A stretch of DNA of 64,000 bases from Eledone cirrhosa. Its lineage: Eukaryota. The stretch spans positions 1 through 64,000 of the forward strand of contig CAXHJY010000976.1 in assembly GCA_964016885.1 (NCBI GenBank), written 5' to 3'. Shown in pieces: positions 1-16,985 of the stretch. Within the stretch, counting starts at the first letter, position 1. Each line of letters starts with the position of its first letter. A model generated the notes under the pieces. The model searched no databases. It saw nothing but the letters and a program-made list of their open reading frames with translations, and was not told the origin of the DNA. The translations under genes were made by a program, and so were the position numbers.

Positions 1-3342
<3,342 letters not shown>

Positions 3343-3351
<9 letters not shown>

Positions 3352-4817
3352 AAGTTTGTCCTCATCAGTGGCTATCCAACCATCGTAGGCATTTCGTCGC
3401 ATTAAAGGCCATATACCTCAGGTTGGTGCGAGCAACGGCTAAAAAAAAGTCGTTGGGACACGTAAATAAATGGGACGCTAGGGTAAACAAACAAAATGGT
3501 TTAAGCAGCAGAAAGAGAGGAAGAAGGAAACAAGTCCCAGATTTCTATGAATATAAATTCGGTGAAATCGTGAACGAGAGAATAAAGACCATCAAACCTG
3601 GTTGAAATGCGAGCAAGGAAGGAATTTCGCACAGGTCTAACGGGAGGAAGAAGGGGTCTGGTCTGCGAATTCGGTAAACATAAGTTCTGTGAAGTCGCAG
3701 ACGAGAGAGAGAAAAAAAAATTCATACCGGCTTAGCCAAGTGCCCGCGAGAAAAGGATTGTGGACAGGTCAAACGGGAAGAAAGGGGAGGAGGAGAGGTA
3801 GTGACAGAGAGTGAGTGAGTGAGTGAAAGGTGAGGAAGAGGCTAACAGAGAGAGACTGCTAGAAAGGGTAAAGACACAAAGAACGAAACAGACTGGTGGC
3901 AGCGGAGGAGAAAATATATGTGTAAATATGATAATAATGGAGCTGCAGCGCTGCAAATGGGTTACATATGAAAAAGTTTGTCCTCATCACTGCTGCTTAA
4001 ACCATTTTGTTTGTTTACCCTAGCGTCCCCTTTATTTACGTGTCCCAACGACTTTTTTTTTAGCCGTTGCTCGCACCAACCTGAGGTATATGGCCTTTAA
4101 TGCGACGAAATGCCTACGACGGTTGGATGGCCACTGATGAGGACAAACTTTTTCATATGTAACCCATTTGCAGCGCTGCAGCTCCATTATTATCATATTT
4201 ACACACATATTTTTTCCTCCGCTGCCACCAGTCTGTTTCGTTCTTTGTGTCTTTACCCTTTCTAGCAGTCTCTCTCTGTTAGCCTCTTCCTCACCTTTCA
4301 CTCACTCACTCTCTGTCACTACCTCTCCTCCTCCCCTTTCTTCCCGTTTGACCTGTCCACAATCCTTTTCTCACGGGCACTTGGCCAAGCCGGTATGAAT
4401 TTTTTTTTCTCTCTCTCTCTCGTCTGCGACTTCACAGAACTTATGTTTACCGAATTCGCAGACCAGACCCCTTCTTCCTCCCGCTAGACCTGTGCGAAAT
4501 TCCTTCCTTGCTCACATTTCAACCAGGTTTGATGGTCTTTATTCTCTCGTTCACGATTTCACCGAATTTATATTCATAGAAATCTGGGACTTGTTTCCTT
4601 CTTCCTCTCTTTCTGCTGCTTAAACCATTTTGTTTGTTTACCCTAGCGTCCCCTTTATTTACGTGTCCCAACGACCTTTTTTAGCTGTTGCTCGCACCAA
4701 CCTGAGGTATATGGCCTTTAATGCGACGAAATGCCTACGACGGTTGGATGGCCACTGATGAGGACAAACTTTTTCATATGCAACCCATTTGCAGCGCCGC
4801 AGCTCCATTATTATCAT
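3343..4817. mobile_element. Non-coding ~623-bp repeat unit in tandem plus inverted arrangement (Penelope pLTR-like or non-autonomous element)
   Basis: One unit at 3343-3989 begins and ends with atatgaaaaagtttgtcctcatca. Orientation flips at ~3990 and ~1.3 reverse-complement units follow (3991 recurs at 4614). Flanked by (TA)n; diverged relative at 15.6-16.2 kb. Confidence 0.6.
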
Positions 4818-5691
4818 ATATATATATATATATATATATACTCACGCACACATACTCACATATATATTCTGAAAGAATTATGAGCAATTTGTAATGTTAT
4901 TTATGTATATATATATATTCTTTAATAAAAACATATATATCATGTTCCCACAAATACACACAAGCCAGATGTAAATGTACAGGCGGAACAGATAACTTAC
5001 CAAGCGAGATGTGATGCGGTGCACTATAAACACACACACACATATAAACATAAGGAATATTAAATGCACTCATACATTAACCAGGTATTGTGACAGAAAA
5101 AATGGAAAGACGACGGAAAAGCAGAAAAAATACTCCATTGAGGAAGAACTTCTTCAAGTTAAAGAGTTTGAACAATGATCAAACATTGTTGACATCCATC
5201 TCTCAATCAATTAGATTTTTATACAGATAAATACTATTGCCTACATAGACCACCAACAGTCTTTCTGGATACTATTACATACACATATATATCTGTCTAT
5301 CTATTTATTTATCTATCTCTTTCTTCATCTCCCCCCGCCCCTCTCTCTCTATGTGTGTGTGTGTGTGTATTTACATTTCTATTTTCTGTTCCAGGAAGTA
5401 CATAATAAATTTTCTGTTTTTGTAATTTCTGACACAAATTGTAAACAAACAACAAAGTTGTCACACCAATAATTTAATGTGTGTGTGGATACACACATGT
5501 TAAATAAAGTCATGTTAAGTGTGTGTGGATACACATATGTTAAGTAAAACCAGGGCCGGATTTATTAAGGGGTGGTAGGGCGAACGTTCTGCCCCCTCCC
5601 TCTTCATCAAAACCCCCAACCAATCTGAACAGGTCCTCTTCTTCAAACAGAGCTCCTGTTACCTATTATCAATGATGGTGCTTATCATTAT

Positions 5692-5930
5692 CCTCATCAT
5701 CATCATCGTTTAACGTCTATCATATACGTTAGCATGGGTTAGACGGGTTTGTCCCATTTAGGGGCAAGTTGGGTCGGTTGACCGTGTCTTGCTCATATAG
5801 GACTGTTTCTGGCTAGTTGCCCTTCCTAACGTCAACTTCAATATACAGCGAGCACTTGGTGCTTTTTGTCGTGACGCCTATACGACCACTCTACAATGTG
5901 GGCTGGGCCCTTTTTGCCGTGTCACCATCA
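5692..5930 (-). mobile_element. RTE LINE 3' UTR / tail fragment
   Basis: (CAT)n-cgtttaacgtc...agcatgggtt matches the reverse complement of the LINE 3' end at 20700-20779. Confidence 0.7.
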
Positions 5931-6270
5931 CATATATATATACACATATATATATATACACATATATATATATATATATATACATATATATATACATATA
6001 TATATATATACATATATATATACATACATACATATATATATATCAATAATATTAATAAATGAAAGCTATCTTTATAAAACTATATTTATTGTATTATATA
6101 TATTTCAAGGGTACCAGTAATGCACTGGGTAATTGCTGGCCTTGTGCCAAAAGTAGAAACAATTGTATATATTTCAAGGGTACCAACATTTTGGTACACT
6201 CTCAGATAAAATACAAAAATTGCTTTATAGATTGTGACATATTCAGACAAGAACTTAATGTTGTGAGTTC

Positions 6271-6332
6271 TATTTGAATCTGATGAGGGCGTACCAAAAT
6301 TGTGGTACCCTTGAAATATATATAATAAAATA
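6271..6332 (+). ncRNA. Degenerate minimal type I hammerhead motif in an inverted duplication (arms 6043-6116 and 6303-6378)
   Basis: CTGATGA-g-gg(c)gtacca/tggtaccc-tt-GAAA-tatata-TA; stem I is weak; same family as the 58.8-kb motif. Confidence 0.5.
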
Positions 6333-6425
6333 AATATGGTTTTATAAAGATAGCTTCAATTTATTAATATTATTGATATTATATACATTATGTACATCTA
6401 TATATATTTATATACACATATATAT

Positions 6426-7382
6426 ACTAGACATGAAAAATGCGCAAGCTCAAAAGTGCCACAGAATGTTATAATAAACCTTCAAAAGTGTGGGACTAGA
6501 GTTGTTGCTAAAAAATATTGTAATCATTATATATCGTACATTCTGTGGCATCCTTTATAAAAATAGCTTAAACCAACGAAGCCTTTATTTTTACGCTATT
6601 TCACTTAGTTAATTCTTAGAGTGTAACATATAAAAATATGATTTACAACTATAAAATAAATTAATTAATATAATAACAGAGCTGCGGAGCTGAAATTTAG
6701 GAAATAATGGAGTATCGGATCCCGAGTTGGAGCCAGTCAATTTTTGGCCGACTCCGCAGCCCTGTATAATACATTTCATATTAAAGTTATTAATAAACCT
6801 ATTTTACACTTCATGCAAATTACCACGAGATATTGATATTAGATATAAGATACAGCGCAATATCTACAGCTGTATAAGTACGAAAGCGAAGTAATAATAA
6901 GTGGCTTAAGGTAATTCCAATATGAAAGTTTGTAGTGATAAAAATTTGATAATGCAATACGATTGTTAATATTATAGTTCTATGAAAATGTAACAATAGA
7001 TAACTAAATTATTTTACTATTAGTATATTTAAGAAATTATCATTATAGATTTGATAGTTCATATAAGCATAATTTTAAGTTTCAACACAATTATTTTGTT
7101 ACTATGAGTATATGATAATAATATTACGTAATTATTTATAGCTGTTATTACATTAAACATAGATGTATTTATTTTTATATGTTACACTCTAAGAATTAAC
7201 TAAGTGAAATAGCGTAAAAATAAAGGCTTCGTTGGTTTAAGCTATTTTTATAAAGGATGCCACAGAATGTACGATATATAATGATTACAATACTTTTTAG
7301 CAACAACTCTAGTCCCACACTTTTGAAGGTTTATTATAACATTCTGTGGCACTTTTGAGCTTGCGCATTTTTCATGTCTAGT
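6426..7382. mobile_element. Foldback/MITE-like element with 212-bp terminal inverted repeats
   Basis: 6426-6637 is the near-perfect reverse complement of 7171-7382 (ACTAGACATG...CATGTCTAGT); AT-rich non-coding interior. Confidence 0.75.
6677..6764. mobile_element. Tiny hAT-like MITE nested in the foldback element
   Basis: TIRs CAGAGCTGCGGAG / CTCCGCAGCCCTG; flanks tataataa / tataatac (7 of 8 matching TSD). Confidence 0.55.
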
Positions 7383-7934
7383 TTAATATTTTTTTAAGGC
7401 AACGCTTGTAATAACTCTAGTTAAACAGGATATATATTAATAATAAATTATCGTTGTAATGTAATTAGATTATGTAATTGTTATTATAAATTATCTTATA
7501 AATATTAGTGTAAGATGTATAAAAATATTTTCAGACTTTTAATATAAACAACTACAAAAAACAATCAATATTAAATCAATATATTATACATAATAGAAAA
7601 CATAAAATATACAATACAAAAACAAAATATTTACATACAATTGCAATTATCAGTGTATATACATTTTCTTTATATTCCCTGAGCAAATTAATAAGATTTG
7701 TTTTTATTGTACATAATTTGATGACTTGTTGGAGTGTATTAAAAGATAGCAACAATTTGTGATTAAATTGTTATCTTAAGCAACTCACTTTTTAATAGTT
7801 GTTGGCTGAGCGAAATTGTAAAAGCCTATGAGCAAATATAAAAAAAAATACACAAACATTTCCTTGTGTTATTACAACATTAGATAAAATAATTGAGCAA
7901 TGTCGTTATATTTTGCTCTTATTGCACATTAATA

Positions 7935-8100
7935 GTGTTTCTATTTTTCGGCACAAATCCATTATGGCAGTCCATTACTGGTACTTTATTTTATCGAATT
8001 AGTAAGTATGAAAGTCGAAGTTAACCTCGGCAGGATTTGAACTTAGAATGCAAAGGACCATAACAATACTGCAAAGCATGGTGTCTGACGCTCTACCAAT
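7935..8100 (-). mobile_element. tRNA-derived SINE
   Basis: Reverse complement of the SINE at 24937/27727/43358 (B-box gttcaaatcc, ataaaataaagtaccag core). Confidence 0.75.
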
Positions 8101-8496
8101 ACTTGTGTTGAGCTGGTCATTAATTTATGGTGGTCGTGCGTGGAGTAGAGCAATCGCTAGTTGAAATATTATGAACAAAACATTTTTATTTGCCGAAGAA
8201 CATATTTTCAATACTGTTTGTGAATGTGACGAAGGAAATACATTCTGATATGGAACAGTGTACAAAGTGTGTCTGTGAATAACATAATGTTACCTCATGT
8301 TGTTGTCAAGACATAATGGATTTCGTATATCCAGTTAGAAGATGAAACCTAGCCATCTCGGATTAGTTATATTTCATGCCATGTGTAAACGTGTTTGAGG
8401 ATAGCAAAATATGCGCGTTAATTATAATAATTAGTTAATAATATTACAAAATATACCTAATTAAACTCTTTGCTTGAAATTTTATCATTCTTCGTT

Positions 8497-8570
<74 letters not shown>

Positions 8571-10115
8571 TCTAGTCCTTCGCTCAAGATTAATCTATAA
8601 GTTTAGATGTTTGCCTTCGTTTAAGTAAATATTATAGTAAGATTTTTAATATAAACAACTACAAAAAACAATTAATATTAAAACGAAAAAATTATCAATG
8701 ATAAAAGAAGCGGATGCAACTTTTTTTTTTATAAAGTTATATTCCTGTTTCTTTAAAGAACATTTCATTTTTGTTCTATTGTAGGCGAAATAATGCAATG
8801 GTTTAATAGGGAAGATATAACTTACGAATTATGTCTCTAACCGTGTAACGCTTTTTAAGTAGATAACTACAATTGAAAATACTAAAGAAATGGAACCAAC
8901 AATTCAATTTGAAAGTCGTCTAGTGACAGTGTATTACTGGTACTTTATTTTATCGACCCCGTAACGATGAAAGGCAAAAATGCAAATGCTTAAAATTTAA
9001 ATTGCCTTAATTCTATCGTCTGCTGTTTCATTAAAGGGAGATTATCGTCTGTATTTAATTCTATCGTCTACTGTTCCACTAAACAGATATACCTCCACTA
9101 TCGTCTCTATTTATACATTTTAACTTATAACTTATACACATTTGATTTGAAATATTTTATCTAGTCCCCCCTCTCAATATTATGATGATTTCTTTCGAAT
9201 GAAACAGTTCTAGTCCTGTAGAAGCCATTTATATATATAATTGAACTGAGTTAAAAATTCACAATATTTATAATTAAATAAGCTCATATATATATGTGTG
9301 TATTTATCTGTTTATTGTATTATATATAATGTGTGTATATACAGGATGTCCCCCAAAAATATATACACACTTCAACAGCATTCTAATAACTATTGCCTGT
9401 ACAGGTAATCAAAGTGTCAATCGAATGTTAGTTTCGTGTTTTAACAGTACAAATTTACAATACACACATAAAACCAGTGTATATACATACATGAGTGTGT
9501 ATACACATACATGAATGTGTATATACAATATATATGTATATATATATATATATAGACACATATATTCACGGTGCAACGGTACATTAAAATATAGATGCGG
9601 GAGAGGGGGGGGTGTATATATAGGGGCGCTGGGGATAAAGGAGTGTAAAGCGTGTGTAATTGATATATTGAAGGAGAGGAGCGTGCAGCGATAGAGTAAC
9701 AAATATATAGAGAGGGGGAGAGATGGTATTGAAGGGGAGGAGTGCAAAGCGAAAGAGTAAGAGATATATATAGAGACGGAACAGATAGAGAGAAACAGGC
9801 GTAAGTAACAGTGGAAGAGATATAGAGAGAGGTACTCTGATTGGTTGAAAATTAGCCAATGACATACGATCACCACCACCACGGCTATCCCCGAAAATTT
9901 TTTAAAGAAGCTAGGCATATATGTTAGAACACGAAAAGTGAACATTCTGTTGTTTCACACTTTTCGTGTTCTAACAGATAGATAGATAGATGGATATACA
10001 TTTATATATATATATGTGTGTATGCACATATATATATATAATGTATATATATATATATAAATATATGTGTATATATATATATATATATATACACATATAT
10101 TTATATATATATATA

Positions 10116-10400
10116 TTATGTTGGTGCCACGCCATCCAGGCCGAAACAAATGAGATCGTGTAGGTGTCACGACAAAAAAACACACAGTCCACGCTGTAAT
10201 GTGGCCGTGTAGGCAACACGGTAAAAACCTCCCAGACCCACACTGTAAATGTGGTTGGTGTTAGGAAGGGCATCCAACTGTAGAAAACCTGCCAGACAGT
10301 CCTATGCGAGCAAGACAATCACTCTTGCCTCAAGTGGGACTACCCCCGTCCAAACCCATGCAAGCGTGGAACATGGATGTTAAACGTTGATGATGATGAT
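10116..10400 (+). mobile_element. RTE LINE 3' UTR fragment with (GAT)n tail
   Basis: Near-identical to 20496-20779. Confidence 0.85.
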
Positions 10401-10428
10401 ATATACATCTATATATAGATAGATAGAT

Positions 10429-10471
<43 letters not shown>

Positions 10472-10486
10472 TATATAGATAGATGG

Positions 10487-10517
<31 letters not shown>

Positions 10518-10764
10518 TATATAGATAGATGGATATATATATATATATATATATAGATAGATAGATAGATAGATAGATGGATATATATATATAGATAGAT
10601 AGATGGATATATATATATAGATAGATAGATGGATATATATATATAGATAGATAGATGGATATATATATATATATATATATATATAGATAGATGGATATAT
10701 ATATATATATAAATGTATTTATATATATATAAATGTATATAAATGTATGTATACATATATATAA
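10401..10764. repeat. Compound (TA)n/(GATA)n/(GGAT) microsatellite
   Basis: Seen directly. Confidence 0.9.
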
Positions 10765-13486
10765 ATCATCATCATCATCATCAGGTTTAGCGTCCGTGTT
10801 CCACGCTTGCATGGGTTTCGACGGGGGTTTTCCCACTTGAGGCAAGAGTGGTTGTCTTGCTCGCATAGGACTGTCTGGCGGGTTTTCTACAGTTGGATGC
10901 CCTTCCTAACACCAACGACATTTACAGTGTGGGGCTGGGAGGTTTTTACCGTGTTGCCTACACGGCCACATTACAGCGTGGACTGTCTGGCGGGTTTTCT
11001 ACAGCTGGATGCCCTTCCTAACACCAACCACATTTACAGTGTGGGGCTGGGAGGTTTTTACCGTGTTGCCTACACGGCCACATTTACAGCGTGGACTGTG
11101 TGTTTTTTTGTCGTGACACCTACACGATCTCATTTGTTTCGGCCTGGATGTTGTGGGACCAACATAACTGTACATTGAAAGAGGCGGTGTGGATGGGGTG
11201 GAGGTGGTGGGACGGGGGGGTGTTTTGATAGAGATGCCTACTGACTGTAGTAGGTTTTTACTTTGTATTTAGGTAAGGCGGGTCTTCTCTATTACTGAGT
11301 ACCGCCAAAGGTCTCGGTCCAGTGACATTGTCTTGGAGAGGTGTAAGCGTGTGAGGTCGGAATTTATCAGCTCGTCCCATGTTTTTCTGGGTCTGCCTAC
11401 TCCGTGGCTACCATCTATCTTTATTGCCCTGCACTTTGTTATACAGCTGTCGTCTTTCATGCGCATCACGTGACCGTACCAACGTAGCCTTCTCTCGAGT
11501 AAACAACATCTGATCCCTCTTATTTCTAATTTTTTCCTTAGTTCGTTTATGCTTTGCCGTTCACGTATATTACTATTGCACATCCAGCGGAGCATGCAAG
11601 CTTCGTTCCTCTCTAGTCTGCGTATATCCTCTGCACACAATGCCCAGGTCTCACTGCCATGCAGCATTGCTGTTCGTATGCAGGCATCGTATAACCTGCC
11701 TTTCATTTTTAGGGAGAACCCTCTAGCGGCTAATAGTGGTATAAGCTCTCTGAACTTTTTCCATCCAGTTCTGACTCTAGCTACTGTACTTTCAGAGCAC
11801 CCTCCCCCACTGCTGATTTTGTCACCCAGGTACCGGAAGCTGTCCACTATTTCTATAGAACCCTCTGCGCAGTTGAAGGAGCTAGTATTTTGTGGGCACT
11901 TGCTGCTACTTATTGCACCAGAGCACCGGCCACATGTAAAATCTATGTTCTTAGTTAGCTTACCTGTGATCCCACTACATCTTTTATGCACCCATACTTT
12001 GCATTTGGGACATAAAATGGAGTTTCTACCTACGCCTTTCCTACACACTGAGCATGGCCATTTCCCAGATGGGACTGCCGCCATATTTTCTTTCCTACAA
12101 ACTAGAACTTTTGTCTTAGCCAGGTTAATTTTAAGGCCTTTTGATTCTAGGCCGTGCTTCCATGTTTGGAATTTCTTCTCTAGTTCGGTCATTGATTCAG
12201 CTATGAGCGTTAGATCATCTGCGTATAGGAGTTCCCATGGGCAGCCGGTCTTGAACTCCTCTGTTATAGCCTGAAGGGCAATAATAAATAGTAGGGGGCT
12301 AAGAACAGAGCCCTGATGGACACCAACTTTTACGCTAAACTCTTCACTATATTCGTTGTTAATTCTAACCTTACTGACTGTTTCTTTATACATGGCTTGT
12401 ATAGCTCTCACAAGCCATTCGTCAACACCTAGTTTTCTAAGAGACCACCAGATAATGGAACGGGGGACTCTGTCGAAGGCTTTCTCCAAGTCGACGAAAG
12501 CTAAGTATAGGGGTTTACTTTTAGCTAGGTACTTCTCCTGTAGTTGTCGTACAATGAAAAGAGCGTCTGTGGTACTTTTGCATGACACAAATCCGAACTG
12601 CATTTCATCTAGATCAATTCTCTCTCTGATTAGTTGCGCTATTACTTTTTCCGTGACCTTCATGACCTGGTCGATTAATTTAATGCCTCTATAGTTACTC
12701 CTATCTAGGGCATCTCCTTTTCCCTTATAGCAGTTAACGATGATGCTGCTACGCCACTCCTTTGGAACAAACCCATTCTGTACGACTTGGTTAACTATCC
12801 GGGTGACCATGGTGTGTCCCACCGAACCAGATGCCTTCAGCATCTCAGCAACTATTTCCGAAGGACCAGCCGCCTTACCCGTCTTCATATCTTTGATTGC
12901 CTTGCTTATTGTACTACCCTGGACTAACACTGCTGGTCCCTCTATTGGGTCGATGTGGGGGAGACTGTCTTTCTCCCATTTGTTCTCCTCATTTAGAAGC
13001 CTTTCGTAGTGACACTTCCAAGCTACCTTCTTATCAGCGTCGGTGATGGCAAGTATGCCATCATCGTTAAGCACACACTTCTCCCCGACAATATCACGGT
13101 TTTCCTTGACACATTGCCTGGCAATCCTGAACACCTCACGTTTTTGGTCCTCACGTTGTAGAACATGCTTGAACTTTCTTTCCTCTGCTTCCCTTCTTGC
13201 GAAGTACACTTGTCTCCTAGCTTCCCTCCTGGCTACCTGATAGTCTTCTCTACTTCCCCCATCCCGCCATGCTTTCCAAGCCTGCTTTTTGGCCTTAATT
13301 GACTCCTCCACCTTACTGTTCCACCACCATGTTACTCTCCTCCTACCTACAGGCCTGCTCCAGCCACAGACTTCGTCTGCCGCCGTCAGCAGGTTTGCTC
13401 TCAGGAATTCCCACTGTTCCTCTATATTATACGACTCTAATTGCTCTTCCTTACTGTCGAAAGCGTCAAGTAATATGCTTTGAAAT
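10765..13486 (-). mobile_element. 5'-truncated RTE-clade LINE with (GAT)n tail
   Basis: Highly similar to the 18180-20779 copy; no endonuclease domain; 3' UTR has an internal duplication (~10870-11100). Confidence 0.92.
11269..13484 (-). CDS. LINE reverse transcriptase (open frame but 5'-truncated) with embedded PHD finger
   Basis: Motifs NYRGIKL, QFGF, FVDLEKAFDRV, GVHQGSVLSPLLF, YADD, FRYLG, RRLRWYGHV, GRPRKTW; the first ~53 residues of the track ORF are flanking sequence. Confidence 0.9.
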
Positions 13487-13619
13487 GTATATATATATAA
13501 ATGTATGTATATATATATATATAAATGTATATGTATATATACTATATTATATTTTGAGAATAAACTCTGTCGTTTACAATAATTAAGCTCCAGGAAAAGG
13601 GGCTTTTCCGAGCAGTTAA

Positions 13620-14462
13620 ATACATTAAAATATATGATAAACACAAAACGTGTTTACATTGCAACAGACAAAGTTAGCTATTAATGAAATAAACTAATTA
13701 AAGTGAATACAATTTGTCTGTCTCGATATAAGTCAATAAAGACAAGCTTATATTGGCAACGGCCATGATTCCTGGACAGATTTAAATTTCAAAATCCACA
13801 CCTGTTCCGTAGACGAATTTGAACCTCGAAACCTAAATCCGTTTCGCAACGGTGGTATGTGAATTGAAAAATAAAGAGAATCGAAATGGAGTAGAAATAA
13901 AAAGTGAAATATCCAAATCTTCTGTGCTTATCAACAGGAATCCAGTAAAATTAGTACATCTCACATCAAAAATTTTGCAGGTCTGACTACACGTGTGTAG
14001 CCAGGCCAAACTAGCCGTCTCGCATTCACGGTGCTAGAAATAACAGCCGTATATGCGGGATTAAAGATCAGCTCTACAATAAAGGATACGTGTAGTCAGA
14101 CCTGCAAAATTTTTGATGTGAGATGTACTAATTTTACTGGATTCCTGTTGATAAGCACAGAAGATTTGGATATTTCACTTTTTATTTCTACTCCATTTCG
14201 ATTCTCTTTATTTTTCAATTCACATACCACCGTTGCGAAACGGATTTAGGTTTCGAGGTTCAAATTCGTCTACGGAACAGGTGTGGATTTTGAAATTTAA
14301 ATCTGTCCAGGAATCATGGCCGTTGCCAATATAAGCTTGTCTTTATTGACTTATATCGAGACAGACAAATTGTATTCACTTTAATTAGTTTATTTCATTA
14401 ATAGCTAACTTTGTCTGTTGCAATGTAAACACGTTTTGTGTTTATCATATATTTTAATGTAT
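13620..14462. repeat. 375-bp inverted repeat with 93-bp spacer
   Basis: 13620-13994 is the reverse complement of 14088-14462. Confidence 0.92.
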
Positions 14463-14555
14463 ATGTATATATATATAGATATATGTATACATACATATAT
14501 ATGTATATATAGATATATGTATACATATAGATATATGTATACATACATATATATG

Positions 14556-14586
<31 letters not shown>

Positions 14587-15386
14587 GTATACACACATAT
14601 ATATATGTATACATACATATATATGTATATATATATATATATATGTATACACACATATATATGTATATATATATATATGTATACACACATATATATGTAT
14701 ATATATATATGTATACACATATATATGTATATATATATATAAATGTATATATATATATATATATAGATATATGTATACACACATATATATGTATATATAT
14801 ATATAAATGTATATGTATATATATATAGATATATGTATACACACATATATATGTATATATATATATATAAATGTATATGTATATATATATAGATATATGT
14901 ATACACACATATATATGTATATATATATAAATGTATATGTATATATATATAGATATATGTATACACACATATATATGTATGTATATGTATATATATATAG
15001 ATATATGTATACACACACATATATATGTATATAAATGTATATGTATATATATATAGATATATGTATACACACATATATATGTATATATATATATATGTAT
15101 ACACACATATATATGTATATATATATATATGTATACACACATATATATGTATATATATATGTATACACACATATATATGTATATATATATATATGTATAC
15201 ACATATATATATATATATGTATACACATATATATGTATATATATATGTATACACATATATATGTATATATATATATGTATACACACATATATATATGTAT
15301 ATACATATATATGTATATCTGTATACATCTGTATATGTATATCTGTGTATATATATGTATATATATGTATATCTATATGTATATAT
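14463..15386. repeat. TA/CA/TG-rich compound microsatellite-minisatellite
   Basis: Recurring atagatatatgtatacacacatatatatgt units. Confidence 0.9.
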
Positions 15387-15624
15387 GAATTGAAAAAATG
15401 AAATTTCATTTCTCACTCTTAGTACGGCTGATATACATACTTATATATATATATATATATGTACAATTATATGTACAATTATACGTACAAGCATTGAAAA
15501 ATGCTCCGAAGACTCCAAGCCTAGGTTTGGATGAAACAATTGTAAGTGAATAAATGCTTTGAACATAGCTTTGATTCTTGTGAATTCTATATGTATATAT
15601 ATATAATAAATATATATATATATA

Positions 15625-16180
15625 AGAAAAAATGTAGTGCTGCGTGGTTGCACATAGGTTACATATGAATAAAATTAGTCCTTCATCAGTGATCTTCCAA
15701 CCTTCATTGGTATTTCATCACTTTAAAAATCATATACCTCTGGTTGGTGCAAGCAATAACTAAATAAAGTTATTGGAGCAAGTAAAATAGGGTGAAATGA
15801 GCGAGACATGTAAACAAACAACGATGGTATTGCAACGGAAAGATAGGAAGAGACAAGTACAGGATATCTATAAGCTTAAGCTTGGTGAAATCATGGACGA
15901 GAGATACAGACCATCTGACATGGGTGACATGGGTGAGATGTGAGCGAGAAAAGGATTTCACACAGGTCAAACGGGAGGAAGTGAGAGGGGGGGGGGGAGA
16001 AGCAGAGAGTGAGTGAGTGTGAGGAAGAGGCCAGCCGAGAGAGAGTGTGACTGGTAGATGGGGTAAAAAGGTGAGAGATACAGAGAGAGGGGAAGCAGTA
16101 AGAAAGAAACAGACAGGTAGCAGCTGAGGAAAAAATATAAGAAAAATGGAGTGCTGTGTGGTTGCACATGGGTTACATTG
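15625..16180. mobile_element. Diverged relative of the 623-bp unit at 3.3-4.8 kb
   Basis: Shares gtccttcatcagtg...ccaacc...catatacctc.ggttggtgc and aaaaggatt...acaggtcaaacggga; has its own terminal direct repeat (gtgctg.gtggttgcacat.ggttacat). Confidence 0.6.
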
Positions 16181-16985
16181 AATAAATATATATATATGTA
16201 TATATATGTGTATATATATATATTTATATATATATGCCGTCCAAACCCATGCAAGCGGGGAAGATGGACGTTAAACGATGAGGATGATGATGCATATGTA
16301 TGTGTGCATATGTATGTATGTATGCGTATATATATATATATATATTTGTCGTATTGAACAGAACAAATCTTGCATTTTTGTTTTTTGTTAATCGCTTGTT
16401 AAACAATCCTAACCTTCCAGCTAATTCCTTTAATTACTTAATTCTATCGTATTCTCAAAACAAAACAATATCCTTCCCTTCTGCTTCTTATAAATTCCTT
16501 TAAATATATTATGCTACTTCGAAAGTCAAAAATCCCGCTTCTACACCCAGACACCCTCCATTCTACTTCACGAGGGCCTGCGGTCAGCCACCCTAATACC
16601 TACATCCATCTCTCTCTCTCCCCCTCCCCCTCTCTCACCCCTCCCTCTCTCTTCCCCTCCCCCTCTCTCCCCCCTCCCTCTCTCTTAGCTACATATATAT
16701 ATATATATATAAGATAAAAACTCCCCTTCATGTATAATCACTTTCGCCAATTCATTTGCTGTCCCTACTACGGTGTATCTCATGTAATCGTAACGTACAC
16801 ATTTTTCTATCTACTCCACGCTTCAATTTCGTACCTAGTCCAAACATCCAATCTTGCAAAATCCGAAATCTGTATTTTTTTGTTATTTATGTTAAGTACG
16901 GGAGTTTTTGTCGTATTGAACAGAACAAATCTTGCATTTTTGTTTTTTGTTAATCGCTTGTTAAACAATCCTAACCTTCCAGCTA

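Noticed and set aside
3686-3710. CTGTGAAGTCGCAGACGAGA as a hammerhead
   Set aside because: Core lacks A6 and GAAA, and there are no stems I or III
9922-9976. ~20-bp-stem hairpin as a miRNA or terminator
   Set aside because: More likely a small inverted duplication at a repeat end; the loop sequence recurs near 26707
11549-13483. Antisense ORFs over the LINEs
   Set aside because: Shadow frames of the RT coding strand
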